Below are positions 47,232-55,816 of a stretch of DNA of 64,000 nucleotides, piece after piece. The notes beneath the pieces are model-generated. The model was not told the origin of the DNA. It did not search any database and worked only from the letters and a program-made list of their open reading frames with translations. The DNA lies in the NCBI GenBank assembly GCA_965371225.1, contig CBDUXP010000001.1, forward strand, positions 146,111 to 210,110, written 5' to 3'. Origin of the DNA: an uncultured bacterium (GTDB taxonomy: Bacteria > Abyssobacteria > SURF-5 > CBDUXP01). Position numbers and translations under genes: made by a program. Within the stretch, counting starts at the first letter, position 1; the number at the start of each line of letters is the position of its first letter.

Positions 47232-47241
47232 GCCGGGGGCC

Positions 47242-48120
47242 TCAATACTGTTTGCGCACAATCGCGTCTTCGATCTTCTTCTGGTTGCGGTACATGCGCT
47301 GGGGATTGCGCATGCCCAGCAGGACGAAGAGCGCGTCGATGATGGCGGCCTGGGCCAGCCGGCTCGCCAGCGCCTCGGCCCGGTACCGGGTTTCGCTGGA
47401 CGCCGTGACCAGCACCACGTCGCTCACCTTCGTGATGGGCGAGAGTGAGTTGTTGGTGATGGCGATCACCCGCGCCCCGGCCTGCGCCGCGACGCGAATC
47501 GTGTCGATGGGATCCGTGGTGCTGCCACTGTGCGACACGGCCAGGACCACGTCGCCCTTCCCCAGCAGGGCGGCCTCCATCATCTGCAGGTGGCTGTCCG
47601 TCTGGACGCGCACCGGCAGCCCGAGGCGCAGCAGCTTGTTATACGTGTCCGTGACCACGGGGCCCGAGGTGCCCACGCCAATGACGACGATGGTCCGGGC
47701 ACGGAACAGCAAATCCACCGCCCGCTCCACGGCGGCGGGATCTAGCACGTCCAGCGTGTCTTGAAGCGTCTGGATGTTCAGGCCGAACACCTTGCGCACC
47801 ACCGTGGACGTGTCGTCCGACGCTTTCACGTCTTCCAGCAGGCTCTGCAGGGGCGTCAGCCGGTCCCGCGCCAGCGCGATCTTGAACTCCTGGAAGCCCG
47901 AATAGCCCAGGGTGCGGCAGAAGCGCATGACGGTGGCCTCGCTAACGCTGCTGCCGGCCGCCACCTCGTTGATCGCCTGCCCCAGCAGCGCCTCCGGCTC
48001 GGCGGCCACATAGGCGCCGACTTTCCGCTCGGCCTTGGACAGACTGGCCTGGGCGCCGCGCACGCGGGCCAGGCAACCGCTGCCCAGGGGACCGGCGGTA
48101 CGCGCCTGGGTCTTAGCCAT
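47242..48120 (-). CDS. RpiR/MurR-family transcriptional regulator (HTH_6 + SIS domain)
   Basis: N-terminal HTH (…[54 protein letters not shown]…) and SIS domain (…[14 protein letters not shown]…[12 protein letters not shown]…). ATG 48120 with GAGGA 8 nt upstream. Confidence 0.7.
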   Translation of the reverse strand: MAKTQARTAGPLGSGCLARVRGAQASLSKAERKVGAYVAAEPEALLGQAINEVAAGSSVSEATVMRFCRTLGYSGFQEFKIALARDRLTPLQSLLEDVKASDDTSTVVRKVFGLNIQTLQDTLDVLDPAAVERAVDLLFRARTIVVIGVGTSGPVVTDTYNKLLRLGLPVRVQTDSHLQMMEAALLGKGDVVLAVSHSGSTTDPIDTIRVAAQAGARVIAITNNSLSPITKVSDVVLVTASSETRYRAEALASRLAQAAIIDALFVLLGMRNPQRMYRNQKKIEDAIVRKQY

Positions 48121-48171
48121 GGGACCGTTCCTCCACAGCCCCACCCTAGCAAGCGTGGGCGGCCAGGTCAA

Positions 48172-48225
48172 GAGTTTTACGTTATTTTACTAAAAAAAAT
48201 GTAGTAAAACGTTATTTTTCCACCA
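48172..48225. promoter_or_regulatory. AT-rich divergent intergenic region with 8-bp inverted repeat (TTTTACTA-N9-TAGTAAAA) and 10-bp direct repeat (ACGTTATTTT); candidate operator/promoter between RpiR regulator and ABM gene
   Basis: Read directly. Arms at 48185-48192 and 48202-48209. Direct repeats at 48179-48188 and 48209-48218. Strongly AT-rich island in a GC-rich context. Confidence 0.4.
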
Positions 48226-48308
48226 AGCCCCCCTTTACCGGGCCCGCCCGGTAGGAGAGAATGGCCCCGAAAGCGCCCGCGCCCGTCCCAGGAGGCTCGC
48301 TCAGTGCC

Positions 48309-48632
48309 ATGATCGTGTCCATCATCCGGTTTCGCGTGTTCCCCGACAAAGAACCGATCCTGCCCATGGTGTGGGGCGGGCAAAAGGGCATGCTCAATGA
48401 CGTGCCCGGGTTCGTCCACGCCCAGCTCTTGAAGGACCTGGCCGAAGAGCACAGTTACATCATTCAGACCGTGTGGGAAACCGAGGATGCGCTGACGGCT
48501 TGGAAGACGGCGGCGCAGGAGCGCGGCGGCGAGCACATGCAGCGCATGCTCCGCGGCGAATCGGTCATGGTGGATCCGCCGTACGAGGTGCGGCACTTCG
48601 AGGTGCTGCTCCGGTCCGACGACCCGGACTAG
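48309..48632 (+). CDS. ABM (antibiotic biosynthesis monooxygenase/Dabb-like) domain protein
   Basis: About 107 aa with a ferredoxin-like ABM pattern (MIVSIIRFRVFPDKE…YIIQTVWETEDALTAWKTAAQ…). Start at ATG 48309 (the 48261 start adds an Ala/Pro-rich leader). Confidence 0.45.
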   Translation: MIVSIIRFRVFPDKEPILPMVWGGQKGMLNDVPGFVHAQLLKDLAEEHSYIIQTVWETEDALTAWKTAAQERGGEHMQRMLRGESVMVDPPYEVRHFEVLLRSDDPD

Positions 48633-48635
48633 GGT

Positions 48636-48666
48636 CTTTCCCCGGCGGTCCGTAGCGCGGGGAAAG
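48636..48666 (+). terminator. GC-rich hairpin (9-11 bp stem) immediately after ABM stop; right arm overlaps the AAGGAGG RBS of the downstream SGNH gene
   Basis: CTTTCCCCG (48636-48644) pairs with CGGGGAAAG (48658-48666). No U-tract, so it may be an intrinsic-type terminator of the high-GC kind or an RBS-sequestering structure. Confidence 0.3.
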
Positions 48667-48679
48667 GAGGCGCGCCCGA

Positions 48680-48725
48680 TATACTCCGCGGCATGCGGCG
48701 CCCCCTGACGTTTCGGGAAATGCTG
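48680..48725 (+). repeat. 46-nt exact direct repeat (copy 1) spanning TATACT box, 7-nt spacer and first 11 codons of SGNH gene
   Basis: tatactccgcggcATGcggcgccccctgacgtttcgggaaatgctg is identical at 48680..48725 and 49513..49558. Confidence 0.8.
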
Positions 48726-49454
48726 CGCGTGTATCTCGCGTGCTTGACGGGGTTGGCGCTGATGCTGAATCGCGACCAGTTTCCGGCCTGGGCGCTCCCC
48801 GAACTCCGTGGCCTGGGACCCATCGTGCGTGAGGCCCACCCGTGGCTCGGGGAACAACGGTCTCGCTCTGCGTCGTTCCGGGGCTCCGGCGTTTCCCTCT
48901 TAGGCAAAGCCCATCTTGTGGTCGGCGATTCCCAAGCGTATTACTGGCCGTGGTCCGCGGACATCATCGGTATCCCTGGCATTATGGCCGACCAGATGCG
49001 TGAGCGGTTTCTTCAGGAGACAGCGAAGCGCCCGTTCCACTATGAACTGATCGTGCTGTGGATTGGTACGGCCCATTTCCAGCGCGGGTGCGACGTCCCC
49101 TCGTACGTTGACGGCGTAGCCGAGACGGTGGCGGCCGCGCGGCAATTGGGTGACCACGTGATCGTCCTGACGGGGATGCCCCATGAGGAATGGCAGGCGG
49201 CCCGGTATATCAAGCACAATCCGGACACGCCCGCACAGCGCGATACGCTTGCGCAATCGGCGGAGGCGGTTCGCGCGCTGCGGGCGCACCTGCCCGATGT
49301 GTTCGTCTTTGACATGGGGGCGTTCCGCGCCCCGTTAGCAGCGGCGGACCTCCTCGACACGTATTACGATGACGCCGTACATCTGTCGTCAACCGGCTGG
49401 GAGGCGTTGGGGGACGAGCTCGCCACCGCCGGCGTTTACGTAAGTCCCGACTAG
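48693..49454 (+). CDS. SGNH/GDSL-like hydrolase (copy 1 of tandem pair)
   Basis: Block-I-like LVVGDSQ, N-terminal TM/signal (LRVYLACLTGLALML), and a C-terminal DxxH-like region (DDAVHLSSTGWE). Confidence 0.5.
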   Translation: MRRPLTFREMLRVYLACLTGLALMLNRDQFPAWALPELRGLGPIVREAHPWLGEQRSRSASFRGSGVSLLGKAHLVVGDSQAYYWPWSADIIGIPGIMADQMRERFLQETAKRPFHYELIVLWIGTAHFQRGCDVPSYVDGVAETVAAARQLGDHVIVLTGMPHEEWQAARYIKHNPDTPAQRDTLAQSAEAVRALRAHLPDVFVFDMGAFRAPLAAADLLDTYYDDAVHLSSTGWEALGDELATAGVYVSPD

Positions 49455-49512
49455 CCGCGTTCCCCGCCGGGAAGCTGCGTAGTAGCGGCCACCGTGGTAC
49501 CGGCGTGCCCGG

Positions 49513-49558
49513 TATACTCCGCGGCATGCGGCGCCCCCTGACGTTTCGGGAAATGCTG
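49513..49558 (+). repeat. 46-nt exact direct repeat (copy 2)
   Basis: Identical to 48680..48725. Confidence 0.8.
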
Positions 49559-50296
49559 GGGGTGTATCTTGTGTGCTTGGCGGGCTTGGCGGTCACGCTC
49601 AACCGCAACCTGCTTCCCACGTGGGTGCGGCCGGAGTTCTACGCCCTGGAGGAGACCCTCAATGCGGCCCACCCGTGGCTCGCCATCCCGCGCCCGCACC
49701 GCTCGCCGTTCGTGTCCACGCGCGTCGCCATCACGGGGCACTCCTGTCTCGTCGTCGGCGATTCGCAGGCGATCAAGTGGCCCTGGTGCGCGGACGTGCT
49801 GGGCTTTGCCGGCGGCAACGCCATGCAGATCTTCCGGCGGATGCGCGTGGAGTTGGAGCACCGCCAACCGCAGTACGCCCAGATCGTGGTCATGGTCGGC
49901 ACGGCCCACTTTCAGGGCGGCGCCAACGTGCGCACGTACGTCGACGGTGTGGCCAAGATGGTCGCCTTGGGCCGGGAGAGCGGTGCGGAGGTTTTCGTGG
50001 TGACTCCGATGCCGTATGACGAACGCCAGATCGAGCGCTTCCTGGCCGCGCATCCGCACATCCAGGGGAAAGGGATGCGGCGCGACACCCTCGCCCACAC
50101 GACGGAAGCTGCCGCGGCCTTGCGCCTGCGCCTGCCCGACGTGGTGATGTTCGACTTAGGACAATTTCACGCCATGCTGACGGGGAGCGGCCGGCGGGAG
50201 GCCTTGTACGTGGATGGGCTCCATCTCACCCCCGAGGGCTGGTCGCTCTTGGCCGATGAGCTCGCCGCGGCCGGGATTCAAGTGACGGACTTCTAA
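49526..50296 (+). CDS. SGNH/GDSL-like hydrolase (copy 2 of tandem pair)
   Basis: Paralog of 48693..49454 (LVVGDSQ, …DGLHLTPEGW…). The first 11 codons and 13 nt of leader are identical to copy 1. Confidence 0.5.
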   Translation: MRRPLTFREMLGVYLVCLAGLAVTLNRNLLPTWVRPEFYALEETLNAAHPWLAIPRPHRSPFVSTRVAITGHSCLVVGDSQAIKWPWCADVLGFAGGNAMQIFRRMRVELEHRQPQYAQIVVMVGTAHFQGGANVRTYVDGVAKMVALGRESGAEVFVVTPMPYDERQIERFLAAHPHIQGKGMRRDTLAHTTEAAAALRLRLPDVVMFDLGQFHAMLTGSGRREALYVDGLHLTPEGWSLLADELAAAGIQVTDF

Positions 50297-50353
50297 TCCC
50301 TACCCCGCCGATCGAGATCCGGTCCACGCGTCGGTCCGCCCCGCGTACAGGGC

Positions 50354-51172
50354 TCAGCGTGCAGTTGGCGGCGTTCCCAACGTGCGGAGAAAACGGAGGT
50401 GGCCGGGCGGTGCCTCGCCCGCCAAGGCGGCTTCGTAGCGCTCCAGGTCTTGGACCGTGTCCACTTCGCACCAGTCGCCGGAAATCGGCACGGCGGACGG
50501 CGCCACACCCGCCGCGATCATGCCCTGGAGCAGGTCCGTCATGTACGCGGCGCGGAGGGACGGCACCCCGGCGAACGCCTCCGCCCCCGCGGCCTCGCGC
50601 TGCGCCGCCTCGTCGTACACTCGGCGCAGCGAGGCCAGGCCGTCCGTGGTGAAGCGCATGAGGCCGATGTATTGCCCCTGGATCTCGGCGAGGCTGCCGG
50701 GGCGCTGCCCGATTTCCGTGAGGTGGCCGTCGGCGTCCACCCGCAAGCTCTCCGCATCCTCCAGCGGATCGTCATGCCGGAAGCGCCACAGCGTCTCCCA
50801 CGCGCGGTCCACCGCCACCGCGCAGGCCGCCTCCGCCGCCAGGACGCGGCGCACCACCTGGCCGCTATACACGATGTCCGTATACGCGACCAGGGTGGGT
50901 TCGGTGAACTCGTGCGCCGCGCAGAAGAGCGAGTGCACCATGTTCGTGGTGGCGTACTCCGGATTGTGAACCCGCCGGGTACCGTAGGCGGCCAGGGCCT
51001 CGGCCCGGTAGCCGGTGACTACCACGATGTCGTCCACGCCCGCCGCGTGTAGTACCTCGAGTTGCCACGCGAGCAACGGGCGCCCCGCCAGCGGCACGAG
51101 GCACTTCGGCCGGTCGTCCGTGTGGGGTCGCAGGCGCGTGCCCTGCCCCGCGGCCAGCAGGATCGCCTTCAC
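50354..51172 (-). CDS. Nucleotidyltransferase (LicC/CTP:phospho-substrate cytidylyltransferase-like)
   Basis: VKAILLAAGQGTRLRPHTDDRPKCLVPLAGRPLL is the GxGTRL nucleotide-binding signature. C-terminal …ISGDWCEVDTVQDLERYE… GTG start overlaps the upstream stop (GTGA). Confidence 0.65.
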   Translation of the reverse strand: MKAILLAAGQGTRLRPHTDDRPKCLVPLAGRPLLAWQLEVLHAAGVDDIVVVTGYRAEALAAYGTRRVHNPEYATTNMVHSLFCAAHEFTEPTLVAYTDIVYSGQVVRRVLAAEAACAVAVDRAWETLWRFRHDDPLEDAESLRVDADGHLTEIGQRPGSLAEIQGQYIGLMRFTTDGLASLRRVYDEAAQREAAGAEAFAGVPSLRAAYMTDLLQGMIAAGVAPSAVPISGDWCEVDTVQDLERYEAALAGEAPPGHLRFLRTLGTPPTAR

Positions 51173-51873
51173 GATGCGTGCGCGCGCAGGGCATCGAGCA
51201 ACCGCTGCCAGAATGCGCCGGCATGGATGCGCGCCGCGCCGTCCGTGGGCATGGGACGTTCCGGATGCCACATGATGCCAGCGATGGGGGCGCTGCGGTG
51301 CACGCAGGCTTCCACGCTCCCGTCCGGCGCGAACGCGGTGGGCTCCAGGTCCACGGCAATGTCTTCCGGCCGGATCCAGCGGTCATGATAGGAATTGACG
51401 GACACGGTTGGCTCGGGCCACACCCCCGCCAGGGCCGCGCCGGTGAACTGCACGTCGTGGCACGTGCCCCGGTGCGCCTGCACGTCCGGCACCGGCGCAT
51501 CCGCGCCGCCGAACGCCTGGTTCAGGAACTGGAAGCCGCGACACACGCCGACCACGGGGATGCCCGCCTCCCGCGCCGCGCGCAGGTAGGCTAGTTCCGC
51601 ATAGTCGCGCCGCGCCCAGGGATCCTCGGACTCCTGCACGGGAGTGTCCGGACCGATGGGCGCGCGGAGGTCATCGCCACCGGTCAGCACGAGCAGATCG
51701 AGGTTGCTGCGGTGCAGGCGGTCGGCGGCCGCAAGCGGCGCGTTGGGCAGGAGCACGGCCTCGGCCCCGCACGCGTCGAGCGTCCGGGACCAGTCGTGGC
51801 TGATCGCATCCCGCGGGTCGCTGTAGTCCGCGCTGGCGACATCCATCACCCGCATGGTCAGCCCAATCCGCAT
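51169..51873 (-). CDS. Peptidase C26 / class-I glutamine-amidotransferase-like hydrolase (γ-glutamyl hydrolase type)
   Basis: Catalytic Cys context GVCRGFQFLNQAFGG and His context MWHPERP. ATG 51873 overlaps the upstream stop (TGATG). Only the 3' 705 nt of six-frame ORF 51169..52527 is used. Confidence 0.6.
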   Translation of the reverse strand: MRIGLTMRVMDVASADYSDPRDAISHDWSRTLDACGAEAVLLPNAPLAAADRLHRSNLDLLVLTGGDDLRAPIGPDTPVQESEDPWARRDYAELAYLRAAREAGIPVVGVCRGFQFLNQAFGGADAPVPDVQAHRGTCHDVQFTGAALAGVWPEPTVSVNSYHDRWIRPEDIAVDLEPTAFAPDGSVEACVHRSAPIAGIMWHPERPMPTDGAARIHAGAFWQRLLDALRAHAS

Positions 51874-54800
51874 CACACGCCCGCCACGGTGCGATTCCCG
51901 CAATCCAGTTCGATGGCGGACGCGCGGCGCAGGTCGGCATAGAGCGCCGCCCCGCACCCGATGGCCGCGGGGAGCCCGAACTCCGCCGACCGGATCGCCA
52001 TGTGGGAATTGGCGCCCCCGTACTGCGTAATCAGGCCGGCGATGTCCCGGGTGAAAATCCAGTCGAAGCCCGGGTCCGCAAAGGAGAGCAACACGATCTT
52101 TCCGGACAGGTCGCCCGCTGCCGCGTCCCCTTCGAGCACTGCGGGCGGCGCCAACACGCGGCGCGTGGTGATGAAATTGGGCCGACTGTGAATCTGTTCG
52201 ACGATTTCCAGATCCCGCGCGGCGGTAATCAGGCCGGGCATGATCAGCATCTGCTCCAGCCGGTACTGCTCCCGCGCCGCGGCGATCTCGGCGCGCGCCG
52301 CGTCCACCCGGGCGGGCGACGCCGCTTCCCGGCTCAGCCGGAGCAGGGTGCCGTAGGACAGGAACGACAGATCGTCCCGCGTCAGCCCCACCGTCTCGCC
52401 CCAGCGGGCGATGCACTCGAGGGCGGCGCTGAGGTTCACGGTGAAGCGAAACTTCGCCGCTTCGCGCGCGGCCACCGTCGCGGCGACGAACCGGAGCACC
52501 GCATCCGCGGAGGCGCACAGCCCGCACGCTTCCAGGGCCTGCGTCATCGCACCGCGTTCACCTTCGGAGAATTCGCCCAGCAGGTCCCCCGCGTCCGCGG
52601 GCGCCTGTGCCGGCGCCTGGGCGGTGGGCGACGCCGCGGCAGGGAAATACCGGTCGGGCGCCGCATCGTAGCGGGGGGAGAGGATGTCGTAGGTGCCGGG
52701 GCGGAGGTGCCCGTACATTTCGAGAAACGAGTCAAGGCTCGTGCGACTTTCACGCACGCCGGTCAGCGCAGCCATGAGGTCGGACGCCACCGTTGGAATG
52801 TGTTGGTGCACGCTATCCAGTTGCCGCGGTGTGAGGAGCCCTTCCGCCGCCAGCCCCCGCAACAGGGCGGACCCGACGAACGCCATGCGCGCCAGCATGC
52901 TGAACGGCAGGGTGCCGCACGTGCGCGCGTCTTCCAGCATCCGCTGCATCGCACTCAGCGGCACGGTCTCGCCCAGTGCGTGGTGCTGCGCCCGGCGCGC
53001 CGTCAACCGGTCGACCTGCTCCAGCAGGCCGGCGACGGTCGGCCCTTCACCCTGCAACATCCGATTGGTCAGCGGCAGGAGCGCGGCGCGGAGCGCGGCA
53101 ATGTCGCCGTCGACCACCCCGTGTTCGCGGAGCCGACCGGCGTGGCGGTCGAAGTCCGGGGTGGTGCACGTGACGGCGATTTCGAACTCCAATTTGTCGT
53201 GGGCCGCCGGTTCGGCCTCGAGCGCGTCCAGGTACGCCGTCACGATGCGGTCCCGCACGTCGGGCGCGAGGGCCGCCGGGGTCAAGCTGTTCAGGCTGTT
53301 GCGCACGTCGATGTACGGGTGTCCGCCCACGAGCAACATCAGGGGCTCGCCTTCGGGGTGGAAGTAGCCCAGGGCCGCGCGCGCGTCCCGCCACGTGTGA
53401 TTCGTGATCAGGTCGGCGTACAGCGTGTGCGCCAACGGGCGGGGATGCGCGCCGAGCATCTCGGCCGGATTCCAGTCCGGCATGTCGCCCAGAATCGTGC
53501 GGTCGCCCCCCAGCGGCGGGCGGGGGCCGAGCTGCGCCTCCACGAACGCGCGATTGGCCTCCACCAGCGGCGTGACGTCGTTCAGGTAGTAGCGCGACAC
53601 CACTTCGGTGATCGCCAGCGGGCGCGCCTGGAAGAGCACGACCTCGCCCGACGCGCGCACGGCGTACTCCACGTCGACCGTTTCGCTTCCGGTGCGCGCT
53701 TCGACCTCCTGGACCGCGGCGACCACACGCGCCAGCTCCGGTGCGCCCGGGGATTCGCGCGTGTGCTTCCACAGGGCGACGGTTTCCAGGTCGGTGGCGC
53801 TGCCGCTGGTGACGCCGTCCGTGCGGCTGGACCGCTCGTGGGTGAGCACGTAGTAGGGGCCGCCCGTGCGCAGGTCGCAGGACACCGCCACCCCGCTCAG
53901 CACTGCATCGTCCAGCCAGGGCTGCACCAGCACGCGATGATCCGCGCGGGTGTCGCCGTAGCTGTCCAGCACCGCGTCCACTGCCGCGGCCACGGCGGGC
54001 TGATCCACCACCGCCACACCGAGCACGGAGTGGTACACCCCGGCGTTCGAACTATCGAGCGCGTCCTCGTCGGGCGCCGAGCTGCGCACGACGATCTGCC
54101 CCTGGGGAAACGCCTCGCGGATGCGCGCGTACGCCGCCGCCGGCTCCTCCGCCCACTCCCGGGCATCCACTGTCACCTGATCGAGGACGCGCGCCGTCTG
54201 CAAGACCGGCTGGAGGCGCTCGAGAGTCTCCGCCTTGGTGCCGAACACGAACCGGGTCAGGTCCTGCGGCGAGTCCAGGTCCGCCCATGCGTTGCCGATG
54301 TCGACCGCGTGCACTCGGTCGCCGCGGTCGATCAACGCTTGCAACAGGTCGATGATGGTCAGGTCCGCCGTGCGGTCCGCGCCGGCCACCCCGAGGGCCG
54401 CACCGCCGCCCAGGTCGGCTAGTTGGCGCACGGCCGCGGTCTGGGGCGGGGCGAGGTACAGGAGACCGGTGAACTCTCCGTGCGCTTCGGCGCCGGGCAG
54501 GTCGCGGGCGATGCGCCGCACGGTGCCGTCGGGGGCCACCTCCACCTTCTCGGCCTTGCGTTGGAGCGCGTCGCTGCGATCGAGGTACCGCACCTGCCAC
54601 TGCCGGTCGATCGCGACGACGAGGCCGTGCGCCGCCGCATCCAGCACCACGCCGACGGCTTCCGGCCGGTAGACCGTATCGCAGTAAGTCACGAGCACGG
54701 GCCCGTCCACGTCCGCGGTTCCCACGAGGAGCGAGCCCACCATGCCCGACGTGGCCCAGTGGGGATTAAACCGGAATTGCACGGCGGGATACCGCGCGCT

Positions 54801-54977
54801 CAACACATCGATGTCCTTCCCGCCGACGACCACCACGTCCTCGATGCCGTTGCGCCGTAGCGCGTCGAGAAGCCACGGCAGCGTCGCGTCCATGCGGCCG
54901 TGGAGGGAGGACGCCGCGCGCAGGTAAGGGGGCTGCACGGATTCCAAACCGCGCGCGGCCAACAGGACGGCTCGCAC
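51873..54977 (-). CDS. PEP-synthase/PPDK-like ATP-dependent kinase (PPDK_N ATP-grasp-like domain + PEP-utilising phosphohistidine domain) with N-terminal degenerate nucleotidyltransferase-like domain
   Basis: Middle region VVRSSAPDEDALDSSNAGVYHSV (PPDK_N hallmark). C-terminus …GGANSHMAIRSAEFGLPAAIGCG (phospho-His mobile domain). N-terminal ~250 aa resemble an NTP-transferase fold (MRAVLLAARGLES…) but lack GxGTRL. Confidence 0.6.
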   Translation of the reverse strand: MRAVLLAARGLESVQPPYLRAASSLHGRMDATLPWLLDALRRNGIEDVVVVGGKDIDVLSARYPAVQFRFNPHWATSGMVGSLLVGTADVDGPVLVTYCDTVYRPEAVGVVLDAAAHGLVVAIDRQWQVRYLDRSDALQRKAEKVEVAPDGTVRRIARDLPGAEAHGEFTGLLYLAPPQTAAVRQLADLGGGAALGVAGADRTADLTIIDLLQALIDRGDRVHAVDIGNAWADLDSPQDLTRFVFGTKAETLERLQPVLQTARVLDQVTVDAREWAEEPAAAYARIREAFPQGQIVVRSSAPDEDALDSSNAGVYHSVLGVAVVDQPAVAAAVDAVLDSYGDTRADHRVLVQPWLDDAVLSGVAVSCDLRTGGPYYVLTHERSSRTDGVTSGSATDLETVALWKHTRESPGAPELARVVAAVQEVEARTGSETVDVEYAVRASGEVVLFQARPLAITEVVSRYYLNDVTPLVEANRAFVEAQLGPRPPLGGDRTILGDMPDWNPAEMLGAHPRPLAHTLYADLITNHTWRDARAALGYFHPEGEPLMLLVGGHPYIDVRNSLNSLTPAALAPDVRDRIVTAYLDALEAEPAAHDKLEFEIAVTCTTPDFDRHAGRLREHGVVDGDIAALRAALLPLTNRMLQGEGPTVAGLLEQVDRLTARRAQHHALGETVPLSAMQRMLEDARTCGTLPFSMLARMAFVGSALLRGLAAEGLLTPRQLDSVHQHIPTVASDLMAALTGVRESRTSLDSFLEMYGHLRPGTYDILSPRYDAAPDRYFPAAASPTAQAPAQAPADAGDLLGEFSEGERGAMTQALEACGLCASADAVLRFVAATVAAREAAKFRFTVNLSAALECIARWGETVGLTRDDLSFLSYGTLLRLSREAASPARVDAARAEIAAAREQYRLEQMLIMPGLITAARDLEIVEQIHSRPNFITTRRVLAPPAVLEGDAAAGDLSGKIVLLSFADPGFDWIFTRDIAGLITQYGGANSHMAIRSAEFGLPAAIGCGAALYADLRRASAIELDCGNRTVAGV

Positions 54978-54999
54978 TCAGTGCCCGGCCCCGGCCGCC

Positions 55000-55812
55000 C
55001 TAGATGCTCGCCGCCGGCCCCGGGGGCAGCGCTGCGACGATGAAGGTGCGATTCCGGTCGAGAAAGGTGCCATAGTCGAGGACCGTTTCTTCCTGCAGGG
55101 TGAACAGGTCCGCAATGATATCCCGGACCACGGGCAACTGCGCCCCTTCGTGCTCGGGCGGATGGGATTCGAACAGGAACAGGCCGCCGGGTTCCAGCAG
55201 CGCGCGACATTTGCCGAAGTACTCTTCGAGCGGTTGACGCGTATTGCCGTCATAGGTCGAGTGATTCGCGAATGACAGGACCGCATCGACCGGACACGGC
55301 GGCCGGAACTCCTCGAACGCGCTCACGTGGAACTCCACATTGGCGGCGCCGAGGTAGGCGGCGCCCGCCCGCGCGATGTCGATAAGGTGGGGGTTCACGT
55401 CGAAGCCGATGACGCGGTCGGCCACATCGGCCAGCGCCAAGGTCAGGAACCCGGTGTTGCACCCAATCTCCAACACGGTGCGCCCGGCAAGTCGCTCGCG
55501 CAGGCCCATCATCCGCACGCGCTCATCCGTATCCCGGAGACCGGAAAAGCCGAGCGCGCGCAAGCCCTGGTACAGGTAGCCCTCTCCGTAGTCGTAGCTG
55601 TCCCACTCCCGCGCCGCCTGCAGCAGGGCCGCGTTGCAGTGGCGGTGCAATTCCCGAAGGCGTTCATCCTTCATAAGCAACGTGTAATTGCGCAGGCGGT
55701 TCGACAGAGCCAGGCGCCGGCGCTTTCCCCGCGCGCGGAGCATATGCCAGGTAAACACGAGGGGCGCCACGCCGTGGTACCGGTCGTAATACTTCAGGTA
55801 CGCCTCGCGCAT
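55000..55812 (-). CDS. Class I SAM-dependent methyltransferase
   Basis: Motif I VLEIGCNTGFLTLALA, motif II region VIGFDVNP. Confidence 0.65.
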   Translation of the reverse strand: MREAYLKYYDRYHGVAPLVFTWHMLRARGKRRRLALSNRLRNYTLLMKDERLRELHRHCNAALLQAAREWDSYDYGEGYLYQGLRALGFSGLRDTDERVRMMGLRERLAGRTVLEIGCNTGFLTLALADVADRVIGFDVNPHLIDIARAGAAYLGAANVEFHVSAFEEFRPPCPVDAVLSFANHSTYDGNTRQPLEEYFGKCRALLEPGGLFLFESHPPEHEGAQLPVVRDIIADLFTLQEETVLDYGTFLDRNRTFIVAALPPGPAASI

Positions 55813-55816
55813 AGCG

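Noticed and set aside
51874-52527. N-terminal extension of ORF 51169..52527 (452 aa)
   Set aside because: Arg-rich extension antisense or out-of-frame to the 3' end of the kinase gene. C26 hydrolase homology starts at MRIGLT (ATG 51873) with a TGATG junction.
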